A stretch of DNA of 64,000 nucleotides from Octopus sinensis (Eukaryota). This document shows, one piece after another, positions 26,450-38,430 of this stretch; positions within the stretch are counted from its first letter, which is position 1, and each line of letters begins with the position of its first letter. Location: NCBI RefSeq assembly GCF_006345805.1, contig NC_043003.1, positions 44,702,001 through 44,766,000 of the forward strand, written 5' to 3'. The notes beneath the pieces were generated by a model, which saw only the letters and a program-made list of their open reading frames with translations, had not been told where the DNA came from and made no database searches. A program made the translations under genes and the position numbers.

Positions 26450-27140
26450 ATGATTGTGTGTAGGAAAGGAAAAACTGTGTGGCTAGTGGAAGGTCAGGCA
26501 AAGGTTTTTATTCAGTTCTATGATGTAGGAAGGAAATATGAACTGAACAGCAGTATTAATAGAACACTTCACACATATCTCCTTCGGGTAAAACCACCAA
26601 TAGAAGAGAATATGATCAAAGACTGCGAGTACTTCATCCCATGCAGCTGGGGTAGGTTATGCAAAGGCAAAACATGCCGCCCCCTCAAAATAAGTGTAGA
26701 CGAACATGGCAAAGCTGTGACACGAGATGTTGATAAATCGGGTACAGGTGATCATGTATGTGAAAATGCAGACCACCTCCCCCAGTGGGCAGAAACATTA
26801 GCACGCCGGGCGAAATGCTTAGCGGTATTTATTCTGCCGTTACGTTCTGAGTTCAAATTCCGCCGAATCGACTTTCCATTTAAATCTCTCGGGGTCGATA
26901 AATTAAGTTCAAGTTACCCACTGTGGTCGATGTAATCGACATAACACCTTTGTCTGTCTTTGTTTGTCCTCTCTATGTTTAACCCCTTGTGGTCAATAAA
27001 GAAATAAGAGAGAGAACACCACTGGAAAATACGAAAACTAAAAGAAGCAGCACATATGCTAGGACACAACAACCTCCTAAGCAAACTGAGTTCAGATATA
27101 AGGAGAATATGGGAATCGGTATTAAGGAAGGATAGAAAAA
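26450..27140 (+). mobile_element. Penelope-like GIY-YIG fragment (Poseidon-like) interrupted by a SINE
   Basis: RVKPPIEENMIKDCEYFIPCSWGRLCKGKTCRPLKISVDEHGKAV...DHLPQW, resuming after the SINE as EHHWKIRKLKEAAHMLGHNNLLS. Confidence 0.75.
26786..27008 (+). mobile_element. SINE type A, long-tail variant, nested in the PLE
   Basis: Matches 6459-6689, including the tgtctgtc..tgtttgtcc...aataaagaaata tail; lacks the first ~10 nt. Confidence 0.9.
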
Positions 27141-27183
27141 TATTAGATTTATAAGCCCTAAAATTCACTCCATAATAGCCCAC

Positions 27184-27257
27184 GGGCATATGGCGTAGTG
27201 GTTAAGATCTCGGGTTACTAACTCCAAGATTCTGAATTCGATTCCAAGCAAGGAACT
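27184..27257 (+). mobile_element. tRNA-like Pol III head of a third SINE type (not a functional tRNA)
   Basis: A-box tggcgtagtgg (27191-27201) and B-box-like gaattcgattcc (27234-27245). The acceptor stem does not close; followed by (TAA)n. Confidence 0.7.
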
Positions 27258-27282
27258 GAATAATAATAATAATAATAATAAT

Positions 27283-27743
27283 GTCCTGGTATAAAGATGG
27301 GCTATAGCAAATATTCTGCTCAATACCACAGATTTGCTTGTCATTTGTTTGACCTTAACCAGTTGAGCATGTCCCTTAGTGGCTCACGATATAAGCATCT
27401 CTGATCACGAGCAGAAGTAGTGGGAGAGCATCATAGCCATGTGTTGAGAGGAATTCTTTGGGATTTGAATAATTCACCTCTGGAAACATGGGTGTTTCGT
27501 TAAACATCCATAAACAACCTCTATTCAGGGACCTTTGGAACAGGATGGGTTACTCGACCAGAAGAAATTTCTAACTGGGCCCCACCTGCAAGGTCATGTG
27601 CTATTTATCACCGTGTCGCACACATATGGTTGTGATGCATGTGCCTAGTGTACCCTTATCAGACGGGTAGTCATGATGGATATACTGGGCTTCGTATATT
27701 TTACCCCAGTGTCACTTTGCTGGCATGTACTGCTCTCAAACTC

Positions 27744-27744
<1 letters not shown>
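27283..27744. mobile_element. ~460-bp non-coding insert bounded by (TAA)n on both sides
   Basis: Higher-GC segment between (TAA)n at 27259-27282 and (AAT)n at 27744-27781. Retroelement 3'-UTR origin is inferred only. Confidence 0.45.
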
Positions 27745-27784
<40 letters not shown>

Positions 27785-27830
27785 CAACAACAACAACAAC
27801 AACAACATCGAAAAATACATTAGGAATAAG

Positions 27831-27872
27831 AATACCTGAAGAACGCTGGGGGGTATATCAGCCGAAACGTTG
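27831..27872 (+). ncRNA. Hammerhead-like motif downstream of the tRNA-like head
   Basis: CUGAAGA-AC-GCUG(GGGGUAUAU)CAGC-C-GAAA-CGUU: canonical core and palindromic ACGU helix III; helix I is not paired in this copy. Confidence 0.45.
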
Positions 27873-28330
27873 AGGACAAATATCCATTGAATGTAAATAA
27901 TGTAAATAATCCACAAATGTCCTCATCTCTCAAATATGGAACTGGATTGACCCGCATCTACTGCTGCAACGTGTTGCCGGAGTTGGTGGATAAGATCATA
28001 TGCTCCCCCTTTGGACCAGCCCCTCTGGTACTGTTCGCAGGCTTCCAGCGGCGATCTACCAGAACTCTAGTTTGCTGTAGTCCGCATTTATAGCCAGCTT
28101 GCATGGCATCGTATTCATCCGCCTTCACTAGGAATAGACCTGCCGTTGTAGACTTGCAACACATTAGCAACGTTTTCAGGATTCGAGCTCTAAGGTGCGA
28201 TGTGTGAATAAAAATCACATATAAATAACATTGTATAAAGAGAAGTAAAATATATTCAATTAAAAGAAAATAAAACATTTAATTATATTTTTATACGTAT
28301 ATATATATATATGTACACACACACACACAG

Positions 28331-28344
<14 letters not shown>

Positions 28345-28412
<68 letters not shown>
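28345..28412. repeat. (TA)n microsatellite
   Basis: Direct reading. Confidence 0.95.
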
Positions 28413-28416
<4 letters not shown>

Positions 28417-28451
28417 GTAAAGGTAATATGTGACAATTATTCGGTAGCCAT

Positions 28452-28512
28452 GATAAAACTCCGAGTTTCGGATGTCGAAGTGGAAATCCACGCTGCCATC
28501 ACTTCAGTTTTC
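28452..28512 (-). ncRNA. Hammerhead-like motif, left arm (A9U)
   Basis: GAAAA-CUGAAGU-GAUG...GUGG(AUUU)CCAC...CAUC-C-GAAA-CUCGGAGU-U-UUAUC. Confidence 0.45.
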
Positions 28513-28569
28513 GGCCATCAGAAAAATACTATGAAAAATGCATTTTTAAAAATATGTTTCCGATGGCCA

Positions 28570-28630
28570 GATTACTGAAGAGATGGCGGCATGCATTTCC
28601 ACCTCGGCATCCGAAACTCGGAGTTTTATC
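28570..28630 (+). ncRNA. Hammerhead-like motif, right arm (canonical core)
   Basis: GAUUA-CUGAAGA-GAUG...CAUC-C-GAAA-CUCGGAGU-U-UUAUC; GUU triplet and near-palindromic ACUCGGAGU. Confidence 0.55.
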
Positions 28631-29704
28631 ATGGCTACCGAATAATTGTCACATATTACATTTACAGATAAATTCCTCTATGTACATAATATTGAGGTCT
28701 CACTAACCAAGCCTGGTGGGTTTGCCAGTTTAGTCACCGACGATCCGACCATGTAACAGGTTGTACTTACTGGTTTACATTTTACCAGTAGCACTCAAGA
28801 GCGCCCTGGCACAAACTGCAATACATAATGCCAGTGAATCCTCATAGATATTTTTAAAAGTATATCAACATTGCTCAATTCAGAAACCCCAATAAAACAT
28901 TCAGGACATATTTTGCGTAGCTTCAGTTAAGTTTTTCTTGTAATTCTTACGTCTTGTAACAGTTTTTACACTAAAGTATCAACATTTGTATTAAATAAGT
29001 AGCATGATACTAGGATGTCAGACAAACCGCAACAGAAATGACACTACCACAATCAAATGAACCGATGTAGTAATAACTTATGTAAAAAAAAAGTAGTGAT
29101 TCTAAGCAATAATAGCTTTTTCTTACATAAACGCAAGTTCACATATGTACGGTAACGCAATCGTCAATTACACCAGCAGCCGTAGTTGCTTGGTACACAG
29201 AAGCTAATATCATCTCGTACTGCATTGTTCAGACTGATCGGTAAATTGAAGCTAACTGATCAGATATTACGAAAAATCAAGGACTTATATTTGATGGAGG
29301 TTGCAGTCCGACTGAAAAAGTTGAAAGTTAAAATAAAAGTAAGGAATTGGTGATCGAAATCACACAAAAAACTACAACACCTATTGTCATTAGGACATTT
29401 AGAATAATATGAAATGTAGCAAACAATCATGGTAACAATATTCCTAGGTGCACTGGAATAAGTGGACTGCAACAGATTATACTTATGAGTACTTCGTATA
29501 TTTTACATAAATCCTTCTCTATGTAAACGCAATTCTAAACATTCAGTTCTATTATGAATTTTATAAGATGGAATCCTTCATTTTTATGACATATGGGCAT
29601 TAGTTATTCCGTTGCAAGACACTTCACTTGTTTGCATCTTTTGATAGGAAAATGTCTCTTGACATTTTCTGGTTGAGACTTGCCTCTAGCTGGTACAAAG
29701 GTAA

Positions 29705-29708
29705 AATA

Positions 29709-29758
<50 letters not shown>

Positions 29759-29759
29759 T

Positions 29760-29796
<37 letters not shown>

Positions 29797-29839
29797 ACTG
29801 CTGCAGCTACTACTACTACTACTACTACTACTACAACTG

Positions 29840-29910
<71 letters not shown>

Positions 29911-29922
29911 TATTATTATTAT
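29705..29922. repeat. Compound trinucleotide microsatellite (TAC)n(TGC)n(TAC)n(TAA)n(TTA)n
   Basis: Direct reading. Confidence 0.95.
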
Positions 29923-31430
29923 TGCTTCTCGAATCTATCCGGAATCGCAGTGTGGCTTTAGAAGAAGCAGATCAACTATCGATATGATATTCTCCATACG
30001 CCAACTTCAGGAGAAGTCCAGAGAGCAGAAAATGCCATTATATATGGCCTTCATTGATCTAACAAAGGCTTTTGACTCGGTAAGCAGAACAGGCCTCTTC
30101 CTCCTGCTCCAAAAAATCGGATGTCCACCAAAGCTGCTGAGGATCATCAAGTCTTTCCATGATGACATGCAAGGCACCATACAGCACAACGGTTCAACAT
30201 CAGCCGCCTTCCAAATAAAAAACGGGGTAAAGCAAGGCTGTGTCCTCGCTCCTACATTGTTTGGCATCTTCTTCTCACTCTTGCTGTCACATGCCTTTCA
30301 GACATCAGATGATGGAGTGTTTCTGCACAGTAGAAGTGACGGGAAACTGTTCAATCTCTCGCGCCTGCGTGCCAAGACCAAAATCAGGAACGTCTTGATC
30401 AAGGAGATGTTATTTGCTGATGATGCCGCTCTGGTAACACACACAGAAGAAGCCCTCCAAAGGCTCATTAACTGTTTTGAGCAAGCATGTAACGACTTTG
30501 GCTTAGCTATCAGCCTTAAGAAGACCAACATCATGGGTCAGGCTACATCGGACATCCCAAACATACATATTGGAGACCACAGATTACAAGAGGTGGAGAA
30601 GTTTACCTATCTGGGCTCTACCGTCACCTACAACCTATCCCTTGACGCTGAGCTCAATATACGCATTGGCAAGGCAGCTGCTGCGATGGCCCAACTCTCC
30701 AAACGGGCTTGGGACAACAATAAGCTGACCAAGACCACAAAAATGAAGATCTACCAGGCATGTGTACTCAGCACTCTACTGTATGGAAGCGAGACCTGGA
30801 CGCTATACACACGCCAAGAGCGTCGCCTAAACATCTTTCACCTGCGCTGCCTCCGAAAAATCCTCCACATCAAATGGCAGAATCATATCCCCAACAAATA
30901 TGTCCTCAGGCAAGCAGGAATACCAAGCATGTTTGCACTCCTCACACAAGGACGTATGAGATGGCTTGGGCATGTTAGCCGTATGAAAGATGGCAGAATC
31001 CCCAAGGACATACTCTACGGAGAGCTTGCTAGGGGTACTAGGTCTGTGGGTAGACCGATCTTACGTACAAGGATGTTTGCAAAAGGGATATGAAGGCCTG
31101 CAACATCAACATTAGCGGTTGGGAGGCAGTCGCCGGCAACCGTGGAGAATGGCGACGTACAGTAAAAGAGGGTATACAGAGGAGTGACAGAAAGAGAGAG
31201 GAGAAATGGAAAGAAAGGAAGAGACATAAACAAGAGACCATGGCACTACAACCAGCCAGGAACAGTCTTCGCTACATTTGCAGTACCTGCCAGAGGGAGT
31301 GTTTGTCCAGGATAGGACTACACAGCCACAGCAAGAAATGTAACAGGAAATAAAATATAACAGCCGGACTAGACCTAGAAAAAAAAAATGCGCAACTCCA
31401 TTGTCTCCCGAGACAGAAAGGATGCCAAAC
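29923..31430 (+). mobile_element. 5'-truncated RTE-clade (BovB-like) LINE with near-intact RT
   Basis: YPESQCGFRRSRSTIDMIFSIRQLQEK, GVKQGCVLAPTLF, LFADD, FTYLGS and the C-terminal CSTC...HSH zinc motif; short 3' UTR running into (AAT)n. Confidence 0.95.
29984..31353 (+). pseudogene. RTE reverse transcriptase, one 1-bp frameshift near 31065
   Basis: ORFs 29984-31093 and 31090-31353 join if one base is restored in ttacgtacaaggat (LR-YKDVCKRDMKAC). Confidence 0.9.
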
Positions 31431-31522
31431 AATAATAATAATAATGATAATAATAATAGTGATAATGTTACTGCCTTCACTGCTTTCGTTGTTGATGCTG
31501 TGGAAACTGCTCGTGCTACTGT

Positions 31523-31583
<61 letters not shown>

Positions 31584-31875
31584 ACTAACATAACAATAGT
31601 AAGAAGAAGAAGAAAAAGGTGGAGGAGCAGAAGAAGGAGGGGGGCAACAGCAAAAACAACGGCAACAATTAGAAAAACAGTAACAATATTAATGACCACA
31701 GCCAGGAAATAAATTACAAATGTGTTATCGAAAACTGAAGAAATCATCAATTGAAGTTAATTGTAAATATATCACATAGCAATAAATAAAAACCTGTCAG
31801 GGAGTAACAACTTTTCTCACTTACTGATGATGGCGAAGACGACGACAGTAATTTGGATAACGATGACGGTGATGA

Positions 31876-31909
<34 letters not shown>

Positions 31910-32170
31910 GGTGACGATGAGGATTAGTAGGAGGGGAGGAGTAACAAAAGGAAGGGAGGATGATGAGCACGGGGACAGCGGTGTTTGATGAATGAAAATA
32001 ATAATGAAGTTCATACGGTTGATTGTGGTTTTGTTGGTATTGTCGCTGTGTTGCCAAAGATCTTCCACATTGTGATGAGAAAGATAGATGCATCATTGGC
32101 AACTGTTGTTGAACCAGTGATGATGACGACGGCAACGATGACGACGATGATAACGTTCGTAATTGTTATG
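31430..32170. repeat. Trinucleotide low-complexity tract (AAT, TAC, TGC, GAT, GGT)
   Basis: Direct reading. Confidence 0.85.
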
Positions 32171-32959
32171 AGGATGATAGCTGACGCTGTGTGTGAAAAA
32201 AAAAAGAGGCGAATGTTTAAAAAAAAAATGTGAAAAACTATTCATTATTATGAATCGGAAGTCATACGTTCCTTAATAAGGGCCACGGGTTAGATGACAC
32301 GGAATTTTTGCCAACATATTTCTCTTCCCACTAAACCAATTTCAAATACAATCGTTAACAAAGCAGAGGAATGCATTGTAACGATCTCATTCTTCTTTAT
32401 ATTACTATTAGCAATATTTCTGTTCGCTCTTTGATTTGTAATGTCACCATAACACTCTCCTATTCACCATCGTCCTCACTGTTACCATTAACAGCAACAA
32501 AAGAATCTAATACGTTTTCTTTCAGGTTTTTTTTGGTTCTTTTGTGTTCCTGGTTTCCCTCTTATGGAAAATTCAAAGAAACAGTACATATGGACAGTGT
32601 ATCTCACTGCAGAGACACACGTACACACATGCATTGAAATATGAACGCACATAAATATCTGTGTGTGTGAGTGTGTTCATGTGTGCGTATGCACGTGTGC
32701 GTGTGTGTAATCGTGAGTGAGTGCATGTGTGTACGCAGCTTTTTATTTATCGATGCAGATGTAGCATCAAGATAAATAAACGCGAGCATATGGCCCCGCT
32801 CCTAAATAGACATACGTTTACGGTTATATAGAAGCGTTCTTCCATTCTCACAAAATCATACAGTTGCACAAACGTACGGACATATATTCAGACGCATCGC
32901 TGCGCACACGCAGGATCTTCCACACACATTCAACACATAAACAATCCTTATGCAGAGAA

Positions 32960-33000
32960 AACATACATATATGAATGTATACATATCCACACAAATATGT

Positions 33001-33038
<38 letters not shown>

Positions 33039-33310
33039 CATATATATACATATATACATATATATACATATATATATATATGTATATATATACATATATA
33101 CATATATATACATATATATACATAGATATATGCATATATATACATATATACATATATATACATATATATATATATAGACAGAGAGAGAGGGGGAGAGAGA
33201 TGCATACATACATAAAAATATACATGCATATGAATATGTATATATCTATATATCAATATCTCTCCATCAAAATATATATATAAGTGTATATGTATATATA
33301 TACACAGGCT
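32960..33310. repeat. TA/TACA-rich microsatellite
   Basis: Direct reading. Confidence 0.9.
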
Positions 33311-33869
33311 AAAATACAGGTGTGCACGTATGCACACACATACAGAGGCACAGACACATGCGTGCAAGCATGTGCACACACGGGCATATATATCCCTAAT
33401 ATTGGTATACAATATCTGATAAAGAATTAATATAATTGTCTGAGCGAAATTTTCCTGACATTAAACAGTTCTTGAGAAATTATCTATTGATCTGCATTAT
33501 GTATGCATGACTGAATATTTTGGGCGAGATCTGCCTTCTTTTAATTCCGACATATATGTACAAATACGCGTACTTGAATGTACTCACATACATAAACGTA
33601 CATATGTATGTATTTGTGTACATGTAAGCATATGCCTGTGCATGTTTCCAACTTTAATCGCTTTTCCAATTTCATAAATCAACCGAAGGAACTCAGTTCC
33701 TTTCTGTGTTTTAAATATATAAATTTCGATAGAGATTTTTAAAAAACTATTTTAATACTTTTATTGGCACTTCTGGAGAAAAGAAATATTCTATATTTCT
33801 GTTGTAATATTAACAACTAACTTTTTTATCTGCTTCAACAATAAGGCAATATTCTCGTATATATATATA

Positions 33870-33927
<58 letters not shown>

Positions 33928-34274
33928 ATATAATATATTTATACTATAAAATTGGATTTAATCATAAATCTAATCTTTCCCTGTAAGTTTGGATTTATTC
34001 CCTAATATTATTATTATTAATTAATATATTGATAAATTACGTATATTGAGTGTAATATCTCAACTTCGTAAATTATGGAATTTACAGTTAAGATAGAACC
34101 GCTATTTTGGAATTCATCCTTGAAGGATATTCCAATACCTTCTAGGAAAGAATATATTTTAAATTATTTAAATAATTTTTTCTTTCTAACTTTTATATTT
34201 TTTAATTAATTTTATGTATTGGCTTATGTTTTTCACTGTTTGATTTGCCTAATAGTGGTTTTATCTCTAATTTA

Positions 34275-34329
<55 letters not shown>

Positions 34330-34334
34330 TATAT

Positions 34335-34556
34335 TGAATATAATTTGAATATGTGACCGCGTGTGCATCGTTGATGATTTTCCTCCTCCGTCTTCCCTTC
34401 TGTAGACCTTTCTATATTTTTATATATTTCGCACGATGAGCTCTGCTCGAAACGTTAACTCCTCCTTCTTTCTTTCCTTTCCTGAGCGTCCAATAACACT
34501 TGTTCCACATCCTCTCGTTTTTGTGTTTTCTCTTTTTCCATGTTTGAATTGACTAT
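34335..34556 (+). mobile_element. ~220-bp non-coding element between (TA)n tracts, with a degenerate hammerhead-like core
   Basis: gagc-tct-gctc-gaaa-cgtt at 34438-34456 and downstream ttcctgagcgt are shared with the reverse complement of 39672-39862. Confidence 0.55.
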
Positions 34557-34902
34557 ATATATACATATATATATATATACACGCATACATACACATGTTA
34601 ATGTGTGTGTGTGTATTTGAGTGTATGCGTGCGTGTTTGTGCCTGTGTGTATCGAGAGAAAAAATTTACACAACTAAATCATTCTGTTGGATATTCTGTT
34701 TGAACAAACCTGATTATGATTTCAGTAGATTCGTGAGTTACATTTATATGCATATATACCCTATATATATATATATATATAAGTCTGCTCGCTTAGCCAG
34801 CGTGGTGGCGTCATTTGAAGGCTAAAACGATGCAAAGCACATTGTGATCAGCGATGTGTAGCAACTAGCAACAGCTGATAGTCTGGTCAGTCACGGTGAC
34901 AT

Positions 34903-34989
<87 letters not shown>

Positions 34990-35490
34990 TAGGGGATCTA
35001 CGTATGTAATTTAACGCTATTTGAATTTATAAACTTTCGGAAGAACATAAAATAATTTTTCCTTAGAATTACTCCTCGAAATACGTATAAAGGTATTTTA
35101 ACATTATTTACACATCAAGAATCAATTCATCAAAATATATGATATATATATGTACATATATATGGAAATACAGATATATAGGCGTGTGTTTTTGTCAGGA
35201 AATACGTTTGCGTATGAAGGTAAATTTGTTATTTGATATGAATTTTTCTTCGTTAGCTTCGTTTCAGAGGTTAAATCTAGTGTTTATTTTTAAGGTCATT
35301 ACCCTAAAATTTTATATCAGAGGAAAATTTACTTTTTTATGATAGAATATTACTTGCTACTCTTGATGACGTTCATAATTGGGTTGTTTTGTGTGGATTT
35401 CGAGTTCCACCCTTTCGGATAATAAGTGGATTAACAAGTCAAATGTAATCAATTTTACCCAACGTGTTACTGAAAAATACTGTGTTACTG

Positions 35491-35574
35491 ATAAATATAT
35501 GTTCTCTAGACTTCAAAGCATGGCTGATGTAAATAAATACATGTTCTCTAGACTTGAAACCATAGCTCACGTAA
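35491..35574. repeat. 42-bp tandem duplication, 2 copies
   Basis: ataaata(t/c)atgttctctagactt... at 35491 and 35533. Confidence 0.8.
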
Positions 35575-38239
35575 TAAACAGGATAATACCAGATTCAAAA
35601 TTGTTTTGCTTTCCAGTTCAAATCTGTCAGACCATTTAAGAAACTACTCAAGAATACAGAAATTTAATGGATTACAGGAATGCTATTCAGAAACATATTG
35701 TGCTGAACTGTGAGTAATCATTGTTGTATCAGATATATTTCGAATAAGTAATAATATTCTGCGTCCACTAGTGCAGGGGATCATTTCCCTTATGTAGGCA
35801 AAGTAATTAAGAACGTAAGAATTATATAGATTCCAGTCAATCATATTTTCCCTCCTACTTCATTGATGGAATATTGAGGCTGGAATTCTTTGGAATATTA
35901 TCGTTGTCTTTTGTACTTATTTGTTTTTCTTTTTTTCCTGAATAAGATGAATGACGGTTCCCGATATATTATACATAAAGTAGGTAACGTTGTTAGGAAC
36001 ACATCCAATCAGATTTTATTTGTTTCCAACTAAGTTTTCTCTATAGGAATATATTTTTGACATTTACACATAGATTGTGCAATACACACACTACCTTACG
36101 ATTCATCGCCTACAGTATAGGAAGAAAACAATAATATTTATGATTGCTCTATGTCCTGTTATGTTCAAATAAATCTATTGTGGATTTTACGATAGAGGTG
36201 TGTGTGCGTGTGTGTGCGTGATGGAGCAACGTATACAATCGTTTGGATATGTCATATTTACAAGTACAAATAATCACCACCCCTAAATTAATATTCGAAT
36301 ATATACATCTTACACACATACACATATACCTAATTACAGCTGGAGAGATTTAGATTCACGGAGAGTTATATACAAGAATTATTGCATATCAATATATATC
36401 ACGTATACTTATATATTTATGTGCGCGCGCGTGTGAGAAACTATATGTGTCATACATATGTAAATGCACACACACACACACAAATGTAAGTGCCTATGTG
36501 CATATTACATCTACTGTAAGCACAATATGATAAATCAGTCTACTAATGCCATATGACTTTCTATAAACAATTACATGACTAGCATATGGGAACTAATTCG
36601 TGCTGCATAACCAGACCTAAATGCAATAAACCATATTCTCACTTTCGCTACTTACAACTGTCGAGCATCTGTTGATTTCACGAAACTTGGTTTCTCTTTT
36701 TTTTTTCTTCCTGAAATTCAAGTATCGAAATATTTCATTAAATAGCATCACATGCAGTGCTTTAAATCTGAATCTTTTCTCATTCCTCTGTATGAGAATG
36801 CATCGCAAAAAGCGACGCAATCGATAAAATTTGCATATGTTTAAATGTTTAAAAGTGAAGGGAGATAGCGATGTGCTGTTATTTCATATTTCAAGCTTTT
36901 ATGTAGCAATTGATGTGAAACAACGATAATTTTCTGCTGGGTATATTAGGTGCGAAAAGGGAAGAGTAAAAGAGATAAAAAAAGAAAAGTATGAAATACT
37001 TCTACAGATGAAAGGCTCCATTTATTGTTTTCTGAAAAAAAAAACATTAAATAAATGAAATCAGAGATTTTTCTCTTGTTAAGTGGAAAGGCGTATTCAA
37101 CTATCTGGGCTTTCAGCTGGGAGAGAATGAAGATACAAATAGCGGATGTAGTGATTGTTGCTATAACAACGCCAGATGAGTCAGTGATATGAGGCGGTTC
37201 TGGAGTTGATCAAAATAACAGAAAAAAAACATAAATGGAACGCATTTTTGCTGATCAAGGACATCATGATAATGTGAGCGTTACTGCGATGATTTTAGAT
37301 TGAATAGAGTTATTAGTGATCGTTTCAACCTACACAGCAGGGATAATAATATATTTCTCATGGCTTTTTCCAAAGTTTAGATAGAAAATACGAATCAGTG
37401 ATTCTTATTGTTATTACAGTTGTTGCTGTTAGTTACAGATGAAGTTCATGGTATTTCAATTTGCTTTTTTTTTCCATCTCTGTTGATTATTTTATTGTTC
37501 TACGTATTCCTACTGTTGGAGTATTAATGATCTCCCGTGTTTAACTTTTGTTGTGTTTATTCTAGAAGTTGTTGATGTTGATAAATATTGATGTTACAAC
37601 CTGATAGCGAAGGCAATTTGGCTTTGCGACCCTGAGGTTAAATCATACAGCATTTACGTCTTTAGTGCTGCATGCTCGGCAAAAGGGATATACATCCCAA
37701 GCTCATATCATCTGAACCTTTTAAAATATGTATGATCATATGTGGTTTTCTTCTAAATTTCTTAACATATATATTTACATCATCAGACTTTCACGTGATA
37801 ATGAATTCCCGGTGATGATGTTGTTCATGACGACCAAAAATTTGACGCGTCGATGGTGATGATGTGGTGAACGGATTAGGGAATGAGAATTAGGATTAGA
37901 GTTAAGTGAAGGCCTATTTTGTCATGCATCTCTGAACCATATGTAAATGTCGTTAAATTCTTCAAACTCATAACGAGTAAACCGTTTCGCTTCTATGAAA
38001 TATTTTGAAATTTATAGGGATCTTTTGGTATGTTTTCATCAGAAGACAAGAGGGTGGATTTGAAATAACCTGTTTCATATCCAAAACGTAATTCAAATAC
38101 CTGCAACAACGTGTTTTCTTTTTCAAAAGGTTCAAGCTAATTACAAGAAGCAATGGTATAATAAAATACTTATTACATATGTAAGACGTTAAATGTAAGA
38201 AAATTACTCTTACAATGGATACATTAATACAGCTAAAAA

Positions 38240-38256
38240 TTATTGTTCGATTTGAG

Positions 38257-38331
<75 letters not shown>

Positions 38332-38430
38332 ATATATGTATATGTATGTATGTACGTACGTATGTATGTATGTATGTATGTATGTATGTATGTATGTATG
38401 TATGTATGTATGTATGTATGTATATATATT
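38240..38430. repeat. (TA)n(TATG)n microsatellite
   Basis: Direct reading. Confidence 0.9.

Larger units (their letters stand above)
28412..28670. repeat. Fold-back element: ~112-bp inverted arms with a 34-bp AT-rich spacer
   Basis: 28412-28523 versus the reverse complement of 28558-28670. About 50 bp are identical (gtaatatgtgacaattattcggtagccatgataaaactccgagtttcggatg), with scattered mismatches further in. Confidence 0.95.

Noticed and set aside
26490-26780. Minus-strand peptide resembling a family-B GPCR TM3 (FAMFVYTYFEG)
   Set aside because: The plus strand clearly encodes a PLE GIY-YIG domain; the resemblance is coincidental.
27184-27257. Functional tRNA gene
   Set aside because: Acceptor and anticodon stems do not close, and it runs into (TAA)n; treated as a SINE head.
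33990-34070. Very decayed hammerhead-like patch on the minus strand (UUGAG...CUCAA...ACGU)
   Set aside because: Neither the CUGANGA core nor GAAA is retained.
34781-34905. Possible interspersed-repeat 3' end between TA runs
   Set aside because: Single occurrence in the window and no diagnostic feature to classify it.
37060-37200. Minus-strand TM-like peptide after a good acceptor (PPHITDSSGVVIATITTSAICIFILS)
   Set aside because: No donor site and no neighbouring exon support.
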